Assembly: GCF_001194135.2 (NCBI RefSeq)
Contig: NC_068987.1
Location: forward strand, 66,230,740 to 66,294,739
Length of the DNA stretch: 64,000 nucleotides
DNA from: Octopus bimaculoides
Taxonomy: Eukaryota
Direction: 5' to 3'
This document shows positions 25,461-38,399 of this stretch, piece after piece. The notes under the pieces are model-generated. The model worked only from the letters and a program-made list of their open reading frames with translations, was not told the DNA's origin and did no database searches. Position 1 is the stretch's first letter, and every line of letters starts with the position of its first letter. Made by a program: the position numbers and the translations under genes.

Positions 25461-26774
25461 GTGACATTGTAACTAATGTCGAAATGTGATAAACTGGTAC
25501 CAAATGCATTTTTAATACTTGACATATCTCATATCTCTCGCAGGAACAAATTATATGTAAATGCTTAAATATATTGCCTCATATAGCATTAATTCAATAT
25601 CATTAATGCCTTAGTGGTTCTTTGATAGACATGAACACTCTGACATGAATATCTCTTCCCCATTTCATTTAGAAAATCATGTTTAATTGCCCAGAATTTT
25701 TTTCATTTGAATTAACATTAATGTAATTGCTGCTTATATTATAATAGTGCTAGGAATGTTACTTCCCCATGGGAGCTTATAAGTAAAATGTTTATGTATG
25801 TTTTGATTACTTGTATTTAATTAATTTAATTGCATTCAAGAATATTGGTTAAACTTTGCTCAATTATTATAGAAATCTCTCCGTTACAGAGAGACGAAAG
25901 AACTGAATATATGATTACCTCGAGGGGCTTGATTTCAATTCAGTAGTAGGTATCTCACAAAATATTTCAGGAGTAACATTAGGTAAATTGTTTGTAGCAA
26001 TTAAATTCTTTTTATCCGGGTTTCATAACTGTAAAAATATTTCATATATTTCTAGCAGGGTATAAATATAGAATTATCTATTTATGGCCATGCATATCGG
26101 TTTGTATTAAAATGGGACAGTATCTTAATAACACTCTTTGAATATAATAGAGGCAAATGCCTATCATCTGACCAGTGTGACAATATTTACTGTTCAGTAT
26201 AAATATAAAAAAGACATTAGCTTGTGCTGTATTCTCGGTGCTAATAAATGCCCAAGCTCAATATTCTTACTTTTCATTGTAAGTTGTGCTATCAAGAGCA
26301 GAACCAGAAGCAGATTTACTGCATGATTGCTAATTGTTAGTTCTTTTGTAGTTTGGACTTCAACTAAACCCATGTATATAAGTTGGAGAAGTAAGATGTA
26401 TTAAATTTTCTCTAGAGATTTGTATACACTGAGTCCTTAAAACTCGAGATGTATCTATTTGCAACTACTAGGAACTTATCAGATATAACAGCCAGTTAAT
26501 CAACTGGAATGCTTCAGCGAATAATCATTATTCTTGCCGCTTCTTTGAGCTTTAGAAATATTTGCATATTTTTCATTAATATCTTGTTCTTTAAAATTCA
26601 TTTTCTTCAGTCTATTCTTAATATCATGTCTCCCATATTTAATATGAAACATATAAATACTGACGGCATGATATCTGTCATAAATATTAATAAAAAAGAC
26701 ATTCTTCTTGGATGAACTAAACTCAATTGGAATTGTTTTTATAGATGATACTGATGTGTAATACCATTATATAG

Positions 26775-26960
26775 AGTAAGGCGGTGAGTAAGAATTGTTA
26801 GCATGTCGGACAAAACGTTTAGCTGTATTTCATCCGTTCTGAGTTCAAATACCACCGAGATCAATTTTGCCTTTCATTCTTTCGAGTCGATAACATATGT
26901 GTCAGTCCAAGCACTGGAGTTGATGTTATCCTCTACTACACAATTTCAGTTATTATGCCT
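26775..26960 (+). mobile_element. tRNA-derived SINE (family B)
   Basis: AAGGCGGTGAG head, B-box GAGTTCAAATACC at 26841-26853, body TTTGCCTTTCATTCTTTCGAGTCGATAA. Confidence 0.75.
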
Positions 26961-27119
26961 ATATTCGAAATGAGTGTTATTATAAACTATAAAGGGACAT
27001 GGGACTATGGTTTACATGTGCGTATCGTTTAGGAGACGCAAAGAATGAATTAGCACATTGTTAAGTAAATTAAATAAAATCTAAATTATTAGGTTATTTA
27101 TTCTGGAGACGTGTGAAAA

Positions 27120-27280
27120 TACGTGGCCCATTAGTTCAGAGATTCATCGTGCGGACGTGCGTTTATGATCAGTATTGCGCTCAATTCCCTTTCCGAGTGG
27201 TGCGTTGTGACCCTTTTGAGCAAAGCATTTCACTTTACGTTGCTCTAGTTTACTCATCTGTAAGGGAGATTCGATGCTCC
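27120..27280 (+). mobile_element. Degenerate tRNA-derived SINE (family C)
   Basis: GTGGCCCATTAGTT head followed by GTTGTGACCCTTTTGAGCAAAGCATTTCACTTTACGTTGCTCTAGTTTACTCATCTGTAA, a SINE core-like body. Confidence 0.55.
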
Positions 27281-27409
27281 CTATTTTTCTCCAGCCTTAA
27301 TATCCTGGACGTGCAACTGGGTCAATTAGGTGGGGTTCGATAAAATACCTGTTTCTGCTGGCGCCTCCATAGAGGCATAAAGAATTAGTGAAAACATAGT
27401 ACATATTGG

Positions 27410-27597
27410 TATAACTTTGGCAGAAGGGAGGGTGGAGGTACGTCGATTACATCGAACACAGTGCTCAACAGATATTTATTTCATCGACCTCTGCTGGATT
27501 TGCTCGAGAAACGCAAAGAAGGGCAAAATGCTGCTGAGCATTTTACCCGGCGTGCTACTGCTATTTTACTGCATTTTACTGCCATCTCGTAGCCTTA
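27410..27597 (-). mobile_element. SINE family B
   Basis: Reverse complement contains AGCACGCCGGGTAAAATGCTCAGC..AAATCC.GCAGAGGTCGA..TCGATGTAATCGAC. Confidence 0.7.
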
Positions 27598-27689
27598 AAA
27601 GCATAATACGTATTACACGGTCACGCTCGCTTGCAAGAGATGTGTGGCTTTAATGTACACTTCTGGCTGACGTTGCCATTGAATAGTAA

Positions 27690-27860
27690 ATTAGTAATTA
27701 TTGAATAGTCCCTTAACGAGATTCAGCGAATGTGTGAAGGCTGGCTCTTTGCAATACATGTAATAGTATTTGCCAGCTGAAATAAAGCGTCTTGCTTAAG
27801 GAATCGAACTCATGACCTTACGATCTGGAGCTGAAAGCCCTAACCACAACCCACTCACCT
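27690..27860 (-). mobile_element. tRNA-derived SINE
   Basis: Reverse complement: GTGGTTAGGGCTTTCAGCTCCAGATCGTAAGGTCATGAGTTCGATTCC (A/B-box-like) followed by TTAAGCAAGACGCTTTATTTCA. Confidence 0.7.
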
Positions 27861-29924
27861 TCACTCAATGACTAGTTTGGAGATAAACAGACAATGGTAA
27901 CCTACACAGCGGAGAATAAGTTTTCGTTGCTAACTTATTCACTTTGGTTAGTAATACGGTAAAATATCTTCTTCAAAGAACAGTCCCTCTATCTTTTTAT
28001 ATCACCATCTGTGCACATGTGTGTCTGTGCGCATGGGTGTGTAGAGTCAGAGTCTGCTGTGATCTTATGATTATTTTCCATTACTATTTAATAACTACTT
28101 AGAAAATCTTTTTATTTTCCCAATATTCAATAGCTTGTATGCTAACACCTACTAGTTAACTTCAGAATGCATATCCCATGCTTTAAAAATCGAATGCGGA
28201 ATGACGAATACAAACCTTTTTGAAATACATTCGAAAATTAATTCACTAGCTCCAAGATCTAGGAAAATGGAATGACCCATGGCAAAAATGCTGTTTATGC
28301 AGCAAATGTATTCTCTGCCATTGATGGTGTTACTTGAATACTGCGAGAATTCTGTATCATGTCTACGAATACGGGCTAGATCTTATATCAGTCTTCCAAC
28401 TGTCATTTTTTGCGATGAGCATATTACAATCTCTCGCCTGATTAGATGAGACATATTCATCTGTGATATGTTTCTTCAAAGATGTTTAACGGTTTATATT
28501 CCAATACAACCATTTAGCTTAGAGAGGGAAGTGAAAGTATAGATTTTACTCTTCCCTTCCTGTCTGTTTTCGAAACCACTGAAGAGTGCGTAAATAATGC
28601 ATTTCCATAAATAGAGAGGTGTATACTACACATGTAATGAACTTAGAGGAATTATAAATACGCATCATATCGTATGCAATATGCAATAAACGAATAGATA
28701 TTATTCTGCTAAGACCTTCAGATGAAAATATATCAACCGTTGGTTAACAAAACTGATTGCACATTGACTAAATAAAACCATAATTCCAAAAGGCGTGCCA
28801 GTCTCAAAAGTTTTAGTGAAATTGTTATGACGGCTACGGAATCTGAAGATAAAGTCTTGGTTTCGACAAACGATTAGCTCTTATATTATATATGTTCTAT
28901 TTCACTTAAAATAACTTTAAACAATATCGTTTAATGTTTTAGTAATTACTTATAAAGCCATAGTAGGCATAGATTTTGACAATATGTAAGGCAATATTGC
29001 TTTCCATTCTCAATAATTATTATAAAAAGAAAATCGCTACTAAAAGTTAACAAGATGTCTCTAAACTTTCAGAACTTCTGTCAAACGCTTTCAGCACACG
29101 TTATTGAAATGGTGTTTAATATCATATAAGGATTCCTCTTATGGTAAGTGTTCACTATAATAAATAGATTCCTCTTTGGAAGTAAAAATTTTAGATGTAT
29201 GTATTTGTGAAAAGAATATTTACTTTAATTATTTTCTGTTTTTATATTTTACGCTGTTTTGTATTTCTAATCTTTTTTATCTCCTTAAATGGACATTATA
29301 TAAAATCGAATAGATTTTCTTCTAAATATTCTTTCCTGTTTCCTTTCTCTCTCTGTCTTTCTCTATCGCTTTGTCTATCTTTCTATCTCTTTCAGTGTAT
29401 GTCTTCTTTTTTTCTTTCCTGTGCCCATCCCTCTTCCACTATCGCGGTATATACGTGCTTGCGTGTATATATGTGTGTCTACCTGTGTATGTCGGAAGAA
29501 TGTATCTACGTTTGTCTAACTACGTAATTATATAATTATACATACGTATAATTTTGGCATTACTCCATTTTCCAAGTACGTATTACGTCTGAATAAAAAT
29601 AATTATAACTGAATTTCTAAAATATATATGATAGAAAGTTCTTATCTCTGTGTGTATGAGTTCATAAACTTTTCGTCATATATCCGTCCATCTGTCAGTG
29701 TGTATGTGTTATACGGTGTAGGATTTGTTACCTAGCTGTTAGAACTTTCGCTCCATTTTCTCTAGATAATATAGTGATTATATAACTTTACGTATAAAAA
29801 CTGTGTTTATATACACATATATGCACAGACACACATAAACATACATGCTTAGAGGGGAACACATAAAGGCGCATATAAATTACTTGCAAACATATACGCA
29901 CAAAACCAGATACACGGACGACAT

Positions 29925-30170
29925 ATTTTATCTTTTATCTTATATTTCTTTCAGTCATTAAATTGCGGCCATGTTACAGCACTACATTGAAGTATTTTAG
30001 CAGAACGAATCAACTTTCTTCGTTTTTGTCAGTCTGTTTCTTATTCCATTAGAATCTTTTGCCGAAAAGCTATGTTACAGGAACATAAACACAGCACCGA
30101 TAGGTGACGGGGGAGGGGCAAGCACCAAACACACGCGCACACACACAAGCATGTGACAGACAGACAGACA
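29925..30170 (-). mobile_element. SINE family A 3' half, degenerate
   Basis: TTTTATC tail, CAGTCATT..TGCGGCCATG, TTTGCCGAA..CTA.GTTAC.GGAAC.TAAACAC. Confidence 0.6.
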
Positions 30171-30339
30171 GACGGAAATATTGTAGAGAGTTAAATGTTA
30201 AAATTTAAGAGAGAAAGACTTTTATATTTATTGCCAGAAATCTTGGATTTCCACTGAAAAAAACGCTCTGGAGTAAAAATTCGGTGTTGCTACTAACAGA
30301 ATTATCGTATTTACAACCCCCAAAATATATACATATCGA

Positions 30340-30455
30340 TGCAGTCGCAGCTGTGTGGTAATAAGTGTCCTTCCTAAACGCATGTCTCTGGATACAGTCC
30401 CACGACGTGACATCTTGAGTGGTTGTCTTCTACTACAACCTCGTGTCGACCAGTA
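30340..30455 (+). mobile_element. SINE family A tRNA-like head, degenerate
   Basis: GCAGTCGCAGCTGTGTGGTAA..CAGTCCCAC..GTCTTCTACTACAACCTCG. The head matches the reverse complement of 54770-54803. Confidence 0.6.
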
Positions 30456-30733
30456 TACATACATGTCTGCGTGTATGTGCATGTATGTGTATATGTGTGT
30501 ATATGAACAGACAGGAGCAGTAGAAAGAACAGGCGAACGGGAAGCTTCTAACAAGGAGATTTCTAAGACTCATGTCTTTTTTAAAAGACAGAAGAGGTGG
30601 TGTGGAAAAGAAAGGGCGGTTGTTGGGTCAGAAAGAAGAATGCGAAAGTTGTGGATGTGTTTGTGATTTAGAGGGAGGATGGGCGAAGGATTGAATGCTC
30701 ACAGTAATTTCACTGTACGCCTTTCACTTTTTT

Positions 30734-30786
<53 letters not shown>

Positions 30787-30820
30787 ATGTTATTTCAAAA
30801 TCTCTCAAAGATTTATAAGC

Positions 30821-31370
30821 AGTAACAACTTTTTGCCAACATAATGTGGTAGTCCCAGGATGGGACGAATGTTACAGTTATTTAGCCCCATCGTTATTTA
30901 GCCCCATCGCTGACTATACGACACAAAATTTCCGTGTCCTTATATTTTCGAAGCGTGGGGAGATCAGCATCTCCACCCATCACAGCTTCGCATCCACAGA
31001 CCTCTCCCTGGGTTATTACTCTTTATCAGCATGTTAGCAAAAAGTAACTACTTTATGGTGCTCGTATTGTATATCTCTCTTTGAGATATTTAAAAATAAT
31101 ATTATTTTTGTAGATTAGTGACAGCAGTTCAGTAGCGACATCTAGCCAGCCAAGCTACCACACGCTGATAAAGAGCAATAACTCAGAAACCGATGCGTGG
31201 ACGTGAAATTGTGCTGGGTGGAGGTGCTGAATTCCCCTGTGCGAAAATATAATGACACATGCTTTTCCGTGTCGTATAGCCAGCTGGAAACGATGTTTCA
31301 TGCGGCTAAATAACAGTAACATTCGTCCCAACCTGGGACTGACACATTATGTTGGCAAAAAGTCATTACT
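30821..31370. mobile_element. ~550-bp MITE/foldback with ~218-bp imperfect terminal inverted repeats
   Basis: Arms 30821-31038 and 31154-31370 are reverse complements (e.g. ACTTTTTGCCAACATAATGTG..AGTCCCAGG.TGGGACGAATGTTAC.GTTATTTAGCC). Spacer ~115 bp; no ORF. Confidence 0.85.
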
Positions 31371-31384
31371 AAATATATCTATGT

Positions 31385-31500
31385 GTGTGTGTGTGTGTCA
31401 CCAACCACCACTCGACAACCGGTGCTGGTGTGTTTACGTCCCCGTTAGCTAGCGGTTCATCAATAGGGTCCAATGAAAGTAGTACCTGACTTACAACAAG
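31385..31500 (+). mobile_element. SINE family A 3' fragment
   Basis: GACAACCGGTGCTGGTGTGTTTACGTCCCCGT..AGCGGTTC. Confidence 0.7.
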
Positions 31501-31531
31501 TAAAAGATACAAGATTATAAATATTTAAATA

Positions 31532-32012
31532 TATTGGGTCATCCGATAATAATCCGTTGTTTTTAATACTTCTTTTATTTATAAAAATTAAGATAAACAA
31601 AGTTCTTTTTTAATCTAAAATATACTCTCCTTCATTTTCTACCTGGTTGGCTTGCAAGACTCTTCTTTCAAATTTCACTTGTCCGTGACGAAAAATAGTT
31701 CTCAACTACTGTTCTGACCTCGTCTACAGAATTCATATTTTTCCGTCCTAATGATTTTGAATGCTGCGGAATAAATGATAATTAGATGGGGCAATGTCGG
31801 ACGAATATGGTGGTAGTGGCATCTTCCCTATTTTAAACGCTCCGGCCCTTCGAATGTCATCCACATGGCCGGGCATTATCCTGATGGAAGAACACCTTTC
31901 ACCTTGAAACCAAAGATGGTCGTTTTTCTTCTAGCGCTGACTTAAGCTGCGCAAGCTGTCACAGTAGATTTCCTTTGTTATCGTTTGGTTTGGATTTAAA
32001 AGGTCAAAGTGG
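31532..32012 (-). mobile_element. mariner (DD34D-type) 3' fragment with TIR
   Basis: Minus: LVHFDLLNPNQTITKEIYC..LPPYSSDIAPSNYHLFRSIQNH*DGK..VENYFSSR. Terminus is TATTGGGTCATCCGATAATAATCCGTT. Confidence 0.85.
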
Positions 32013-32171
32013 ACTAAATCGGTAAACGGGGTCTCGTGATCCTAGCATGGCTCGAGAAGGAAAGATTGATGAATGCTTCCTGAAACGGAGGACAGTCAGG
32101 AGAAGCAGTAGAAAGAACACACCAAGATGAAGTAGTGTATTGAAGAGGAACGAGTTAATTTGAAGACACAC

Positions 32172-32214
<43 letters not shown>

Positions 32215-32801
32215 ACACACACGCAAATACACTCACACACACATGCTCATATATATATGCATACATTCAAATACATACACATGCATACACATACATAAAT
32301 ACATATATATGTATATATGATATATAGATAGGGTTGAAATCTGAACTTTCTTTTCATGAGGCATGTCTGCATATTCGTGCACTTTAAAATCGCATTTAGA
32401 GGATATAGTTTTCTTAGGCTTGCATAAGGGTTGCAAAATACAGGAAACTACTAGTTGCAGAGTAATTTTATACCACTACAGGAGATGTTGAAAAACTTTC
32501 GGTGTTATTTATTTACTATTACACGTGCCTCATTTCCTAATATGAAATAGAAACTTTTACATGCAGAAGAAACATATAAGATATCTGCTTCAGAGAGTGA
32601 GGCAAATGCTGTTATTAGTATTTGACTTGATTCTCTGTCGGAAGTATTTCTCGTAGGAGATATTAAATATTTCTCTTCCATGTACAATTTTGTAACTCCT
32701 ATTAGCAAATACATCACGTGTATTGATGAATAAATAATACCATTTTTTAAAGCAATCTCCAGTTTTGATATACATGCATAAGTACATACATACATGTTAC
32801 G

Positions 32802-32889
<88 letters not shown>

Positions 32890-32892
<3 letters not shown>

Positions 32893-33105
32893 TTTTGTGT
32901 CTGTGTTTGTCCCCCAACATCGCTTGACAACCGATGCTGGTGTGTTTACGTCCCCGTAACTTAGCGGTTCGGGTAAAGAGACCTATAGAATAAGTACTAG
33001 GCTTACAAAGAATAAGTCCTGGGGTCGATTTGCTCGACTAAAGGCGGTGTTCCAGCATGGCCACAGTCAAATGACTGAAGCAAGTATAAGAGTAAAAGAG
33101 TAAAC
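32890..33105 (+). mobile_element. SINE family A 3' half, well preserved
   Basis: CATCGCTTGACAACCGATGCTGGTGTGTTTACGTCCCCGTAACTTAGCGGTTCG..GGGGTCGATTTGCTCGACTAAAGGCGGTG.TCCAGCATGGCC..AAGAGTAAAAGAGTAAA tail, preceded by (TA)n(TG)n. Confidence 0.85.
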
Positions 33106-34591
33106 ATATATATATGTTTGTGTGTGTGTGGGTGTGTTCGTATGTATTAGCATTTGTGTGCGTGTGTGTATGTGTGCGTGTGTGTAATGATGTCTATATT
33201 GTACATTAGAACGAAATACATATCGCACACGACCTATACGTTATTTAGATATCACATGAAAGAGACCAGCAGGATTATGATTTTATAGTTTGATGAAATC
33301 TGCAGAAAATGGACAATTATAATGGTTTAGGTTTCAAGGAGATTAAGTGCAAAATATTTTTGAAAGGGAAATCGAAAATAGATACAATTGTCTGGAAGGT
33401 CGACTTGGTAATTGTCTGTAATATAATTTATGCATTACAAGTGCTAATAACAAGTGAACAGTTTAATATATAAATAGTTTTTATCTTATGAAGTAGTGTG
33501 CTTGAAAATTCATGTTGATTTGAGACAATAAATTCATATCTCTATGGTGTTGTGGATACCTGTGCAAACTTCAAAAGTGTTTCTTTTGCAATTAGTTTTA
33601 ATTAACTAATTAAGCGGATAGCTTTCTACTTTCAATTTGACTAATTGAAGAAGACTCTAGGGATAGTCTGAATAATCAATTGCTACCTTATGAAATACTG
33701 TATGTTTTGTATTGTCTTTTCTTTGGCGTTCGATATATATCTAAAACAAATAAAAGAAATAAATAAAAACTGAAGTTTTTGTACACACGCATCTAATCTA
33801 AAACTGTGTTTTGTAACAAACATTATATTTATTTTATTAGAGCAACAGTACTTCTCAATTCATCGATCAATAAGGCTACCCTCTTCCCACCTCTATATTC
33901 CTCCCGACTCTTTCTCTCTATTTACCATTTGCTTAATTAATATTCAGTATCTAGGTTATGTGACCTGTTTACTTATATTTTCGCAATAAGCCGGTTTTGA
34001 GTGGTCAATGTGTTTGTATGTTTGCTCACAGATTTTTCATTTGTTGATTGCATTCTGTATACATCACTCTTTGATATAGTACCCTGTAAAATCCATTGGA
34101 CGAACCAACGAAGTAGTCCTCTATGTCATTTCATCTCCAAAAGATTTAAGAAGGAAATCTGACTGAGAAAGTACATTGTTATCTTTAAAAAAATTATGTA
34201 TATATCTGAAAATAAAATTGGGCTTACACACCTGGAATATGTTTCACCATATCTGTGCTAGATCAGAGATAATCTCGGGTGCAAATATTTATGCCATGTT
34301 GGTGCAGGTGTTAGGCATGGTGGCAGAAATTTCATGTTTAAGTATAAAGTATCACGCGCAAATCCTATTAGCATAATTTGAGCGCTTGTTTATATCTGTC
34401 TCATTTCATTAACATCAGCGCCGTAAATTGATCAACAACTTAATTGTGAATATGCTGATTCTTAATCAAATCCCTTTGCAATGTTGTTTTAGGTGAATGA
34501 AATAAACAGTAGCAGAAGATATGTTACCTAGGCAAATGAACTGAATAATTATCACACAGCTGATATCTAGTAGTATCTTGCATTTCAAATA

Positions 34592-34760
34592 TAGGTGACG
34601 TAGTGGCAGAATCGTATGAGTGTTGGGGATAATTCTTCGTGGTAAGAATTCTCCGATTGTGCTAGCTCTCTGTTCAAACCCGCCGAATTCATATTTGCCT
34701 TCCATTCTTTTGCTATCAATAAAAAGGTATCAATCCTGAAGTGCAGGTGAGATCAAATTG
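34592..34760 (+). mobile_element. SINE family B, degenerate
   Basis: AGTGGCAGAATCGT head, B-box-like GTTCAAACCCGCCGA, then TTTGCCTTCCATTCTTT. Confidence 0.6.
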
Positions 34761-36179
34761 TACGAACGTTCTACTAATGCTAAGTATTACACAGTTCTAT
34801 GTATAGTCCTACACAGATTATTACTTTTCTCAGAATAAAACTCACCAAAGCCTAACAGGTCTCTAGGTTAATAATACCTTCCTCCTCCCCTCGCACCATT
34901 TAGAGAGGCTCTGTAAAGGGCTTTGGATACCGCCTTCCTTTCTGACTAAGACACAATATGATATGTTGATAATCTGAGGAAAAACCGTGTTGTGTTGGTA
35001 GCAGGGTTCGGAAATCGAAAGCAAGTAATTGGATGAGCGGCCTCACATCGTCCAAACAATATCTGACAACAAACGTATACCTTAAAGACTTATTTCATTC
35101 GAATTTATTCTCAATATTTTTCCTTGCATGAGCATGAGGATAACTATTGGTAAATCCAAAAGCTAAATTTTCGGTCGCAAGTGTAATGCTTCAGACATGA
35201 ATTTCCTTCCATTTCAGATACGATAAATAATATAAAAATGCGGTTTTTGGATAACTTCAAAGTGCATCAGCATGTCTATACATCTGTTGATTTTAGAAAT
35301 ATTTGCTTGAAAGTGCTCGTTAAATTATCTTTCTTGCACATTAAAATGGCGTTTGGATGAGAACCAGTGCCTGTGGCATTCAGAAGCAACCCACGCTTGA
35401 TCCTTTCGTTATCCGACATCTGTATGAAAAGCGTATTCTAGGCGGAAATTGCCAAACGTTTTATTATAGGGGATGCATTCTTTGTAGATTGTTTAATACG
35501 ATTTGTAGGAAAGGGCATACTGTTCCTCAGTTAGAGAATCCTCTTAATGAGATATCAGCAGTTGTACGCTATAAAAATTGTTGAATTGTTTTTATTAAAT
35601 TTCGTTGCATTTGCTGATAAAAAGTAGAAACAGCACAAGTACTCTGTTTAGTTCTCTGTTTACACTGACATTATACCTAATCTCGCTTTTATTTTGCTGA
35701 GAGCTTAAATTCTTTTCTGGGCGGCTGCCAATTTTTAGGATAATTTTATTTCTTTTGGGGAAATATCAAGTTGACTAGATAAAGGATTTTCTATTACGAA
35801 ATATTCATTTGTTAGTAACGAAAATACCAGGCTACGTTTCGCTAACTTGGTTAATATTACAGAGTCTATTGATGATGTACTACTCCAATCTCCAGGTCTA
35901 TCGATATTAGTCATCAATATAATTTAAAAGCCAGGTACAAACAACTTCAGTTTAGGTAAGAGATTTTTGGTTATAAACCTCCTTTGTTCACTGTATTTCA
36001 TCAGCTAGAGAAGAAGCACTTTAAGCAAGTTACAACTGGTAATAGACCCATATTGTTAAGTGTTTAAATAAATCGCATAAATTGATTTGCATAAATGACG
36101 CATTTTTGGAGGTAAATTCTATTAATAATTTATTGGTCTTGAACAATGTTTTGTTTCAATGATATACTGTGCCATTTAA

Positions 36180-36450
36180 ATACCTTGACTTGGATCCTTT
36201 GTGTTATCGACAATGAAAGAACGAATACCTCGGCGGTATCAGAATAAAGAGTCGGAAAAATATGGCAAGTCACTTTCCCCACTCTAACTATTGAGCTAGC
36301 TTGCCGCCTTTATACTGCTTCCTTGATTTAGGCGCGCGACCAGCAGTTATAGAGGGAGTTATGTTAGTCGATTAAATCTACCTAGTACTTCGCTAGTAGT
36401 TTCGTTTATCGACCCTAAATGAATGAAAGGCAAAGTTGACTGCGGCAGAA
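36180..36450 (-). mobile_element. Two adjacent SINE family B fragments (36180-36312 head; 36330-36450 body)
   Basis: Reverse complements contain AAAGGCGGCAAGCTAG..ATACCGCCGAGG and GCCGCAGTCAACTTTGCCTTTCATTCATTTAGGGTCGATAAA. Confidence 0.6.
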
Positions 36451-37989
36451 TTGTTAACCATTTGAAAAAACTGAAATTGATGGAGTTCTAAGGGATATGA
36501 AATCCTTTTCGCATATCATAAATGTTGCTGTTGTTAATTTGCTAACATTTAACGTCTTGTTTTCTTTCACTATCTTTAACAGCTACCCATCTTATCTGTT
36601 TTTCAGTTCTTCATAACGGTACTACCGATTGTATACGAGAGATCCCCCTCCCTCGAGTGTTGGAGACAATATTTCTTCATCTTCCTAGAAAATACAAGCC
36701 AAGATACTCTGGAAAAGTAGTTCTAAGACCTGGTGTTATTATTGAAACCTTTGTTGTTGACAACTTTCTCTTTTCTGCTTTTCCAGCACCTCTGGGATAG
36801 AAGAATGTTTCAACTCTTATTTTCATTTTCTCTCTGCAGCTGCAACATATACATCTCCGGGATTGCTTGAAGATTTTCTGAGATCATAACACCCTATGTA
36901 TGATTGCAGCCTCCAGCCATTACCAAATGTATATTCCTATGTCACTTTGATGTCCACTATATGCCCGTTCTATGCTGCAAATTTGACATCAATCTAAGAG
37001 TTAACATCCACCAAGGCACATCGATGTCCTTTATGATTATATCATGCATTGTACTTTGTCATTCGAAATCTGTGCTGTTCGTTCTCCTTTCGTTCATAGT
37101 TTCAAAAGTCAGGCACACAATTCCATACCCCCAACCAATTTAGTTTATTATACGTCAGACCACACTTTGTAAAGAAAATTCATTGAGTAATGAAAAAAAT
37201 GTCAGCCTCTGTAATATCACATTACCAGGATTCCTTGTTTCCTTGAGTAGAAACGAATAAAGTCTAAATCCTACATTTTTGCCAGTAACGTTATAACTAT
37301 CTGCGGTGTTCTCATTACTAGTACATCTGCTAATGTCGTATAAATTTGTCATTTTGTATTTCGCAAATTTCTGCATGAACCTGAGTTGTCACTATATTTC
37401 TTTTATACGTTTTTGATTTTAAATCATGTTTCTCTCTTTTTATTCATTTACATTCATTTCGCGAACATTTTTTGGTTCATGGTAGTTATCAGGAGATACT
37501 GCCTTTTTTGTTAGAACCATCTTTACCTTTTATAAAAGAAGCCATGTTGAATATAATTCAATATAAATATATAAAATATGATTCTACGAAAAAAAAAAAA
37601 ATGTTTCACAGACTGACATTTCGTCATCGTGCGAAAACAAGTAATAATAATAGTAGTCATAATAAAATAATCTTTTTCTGTCATCTTAAGATCACACTAT
37701 CGTCTTTTCATCAAATTACATTTAAAACGAGCTTTTAATTTTCTTATGTTTTGACAGACGCACTCTAGAACAATACTCTATGCAAAACCAAAAATATAGC
37801 ACCTAGTCATAACACCAACTTGAACTTCTAACTTGTCGCTTGAGGTCCATGGGTGAGACTTGTTATCAACATGTACAAATGCAAAGTAAACAGTAGTGTT
37901 GGGCCCTATATACACTGGAAGCTATGCCAATAGAAAAAAGACAGTTTAGGCACATTCCAGAAAAGGTTTAAGAAAATGACAAAGCAACC

Positions 37990-38395
37990 ATACTCTTGGA
38001 TATGCCAGCTAGAGAAATCGAGGCTAATTGAACAGATGTAATTGTCAGAGATCACCAAGAAAAAATGTGTTTTAATCCATTTATCAATACCAACAAAGGA
38101 CAATAAATCTCTAAAAGAAATGGAAAACTCACTAAATGCAATGATCTGGAAATAGAGATAACCCGAATGTGGAGCCTAAAAGAAAAAAAAGTAACAATAC
38201 CTATAATAATGGATGCATTAGGTATGATTAAAAGACATTCAGACAAATACATAACCAAAACACCAGAACTTACAAATGTATATAGCCTACAGAAACTAGT
38301 ACTACAAGGTACCGGGCTTATCATACGTAAAGCACTTTCATCACAGTGAAAGCGAGAGCACCACCACAAAACACAGCACATACCCAAAATCTCAT
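37990..38395 (+). mobile_element. Dong/R4 LINE 3' end (RLE C-terminus and 3' UTR)
   Basis: PDVIVRDHQEK..DLEIEITRMWSLKEKKVTIPIIMDALGMIKRHSDKYITKTPELTNVYSLQKLVLQGTGLIIRKALS*. Confidence 0.85.
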
Positions 38396-38399
38396 AAAT

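Noticed and set aside
25460-26760. AT-rich block with faint Penelope-like linker/GIY-YIG resemblance on the minus strand
   Set aside because: No catalytic motif recoverable and many stops in all frames.
32505-32760. ~85 stop-free codons on the minus strand (ISKLEIALKNG..ARVIVNK)
   Set aside because: No motif recognised and the start lies in a microsatellite. It may be an old retroelement relic but is unassignable.
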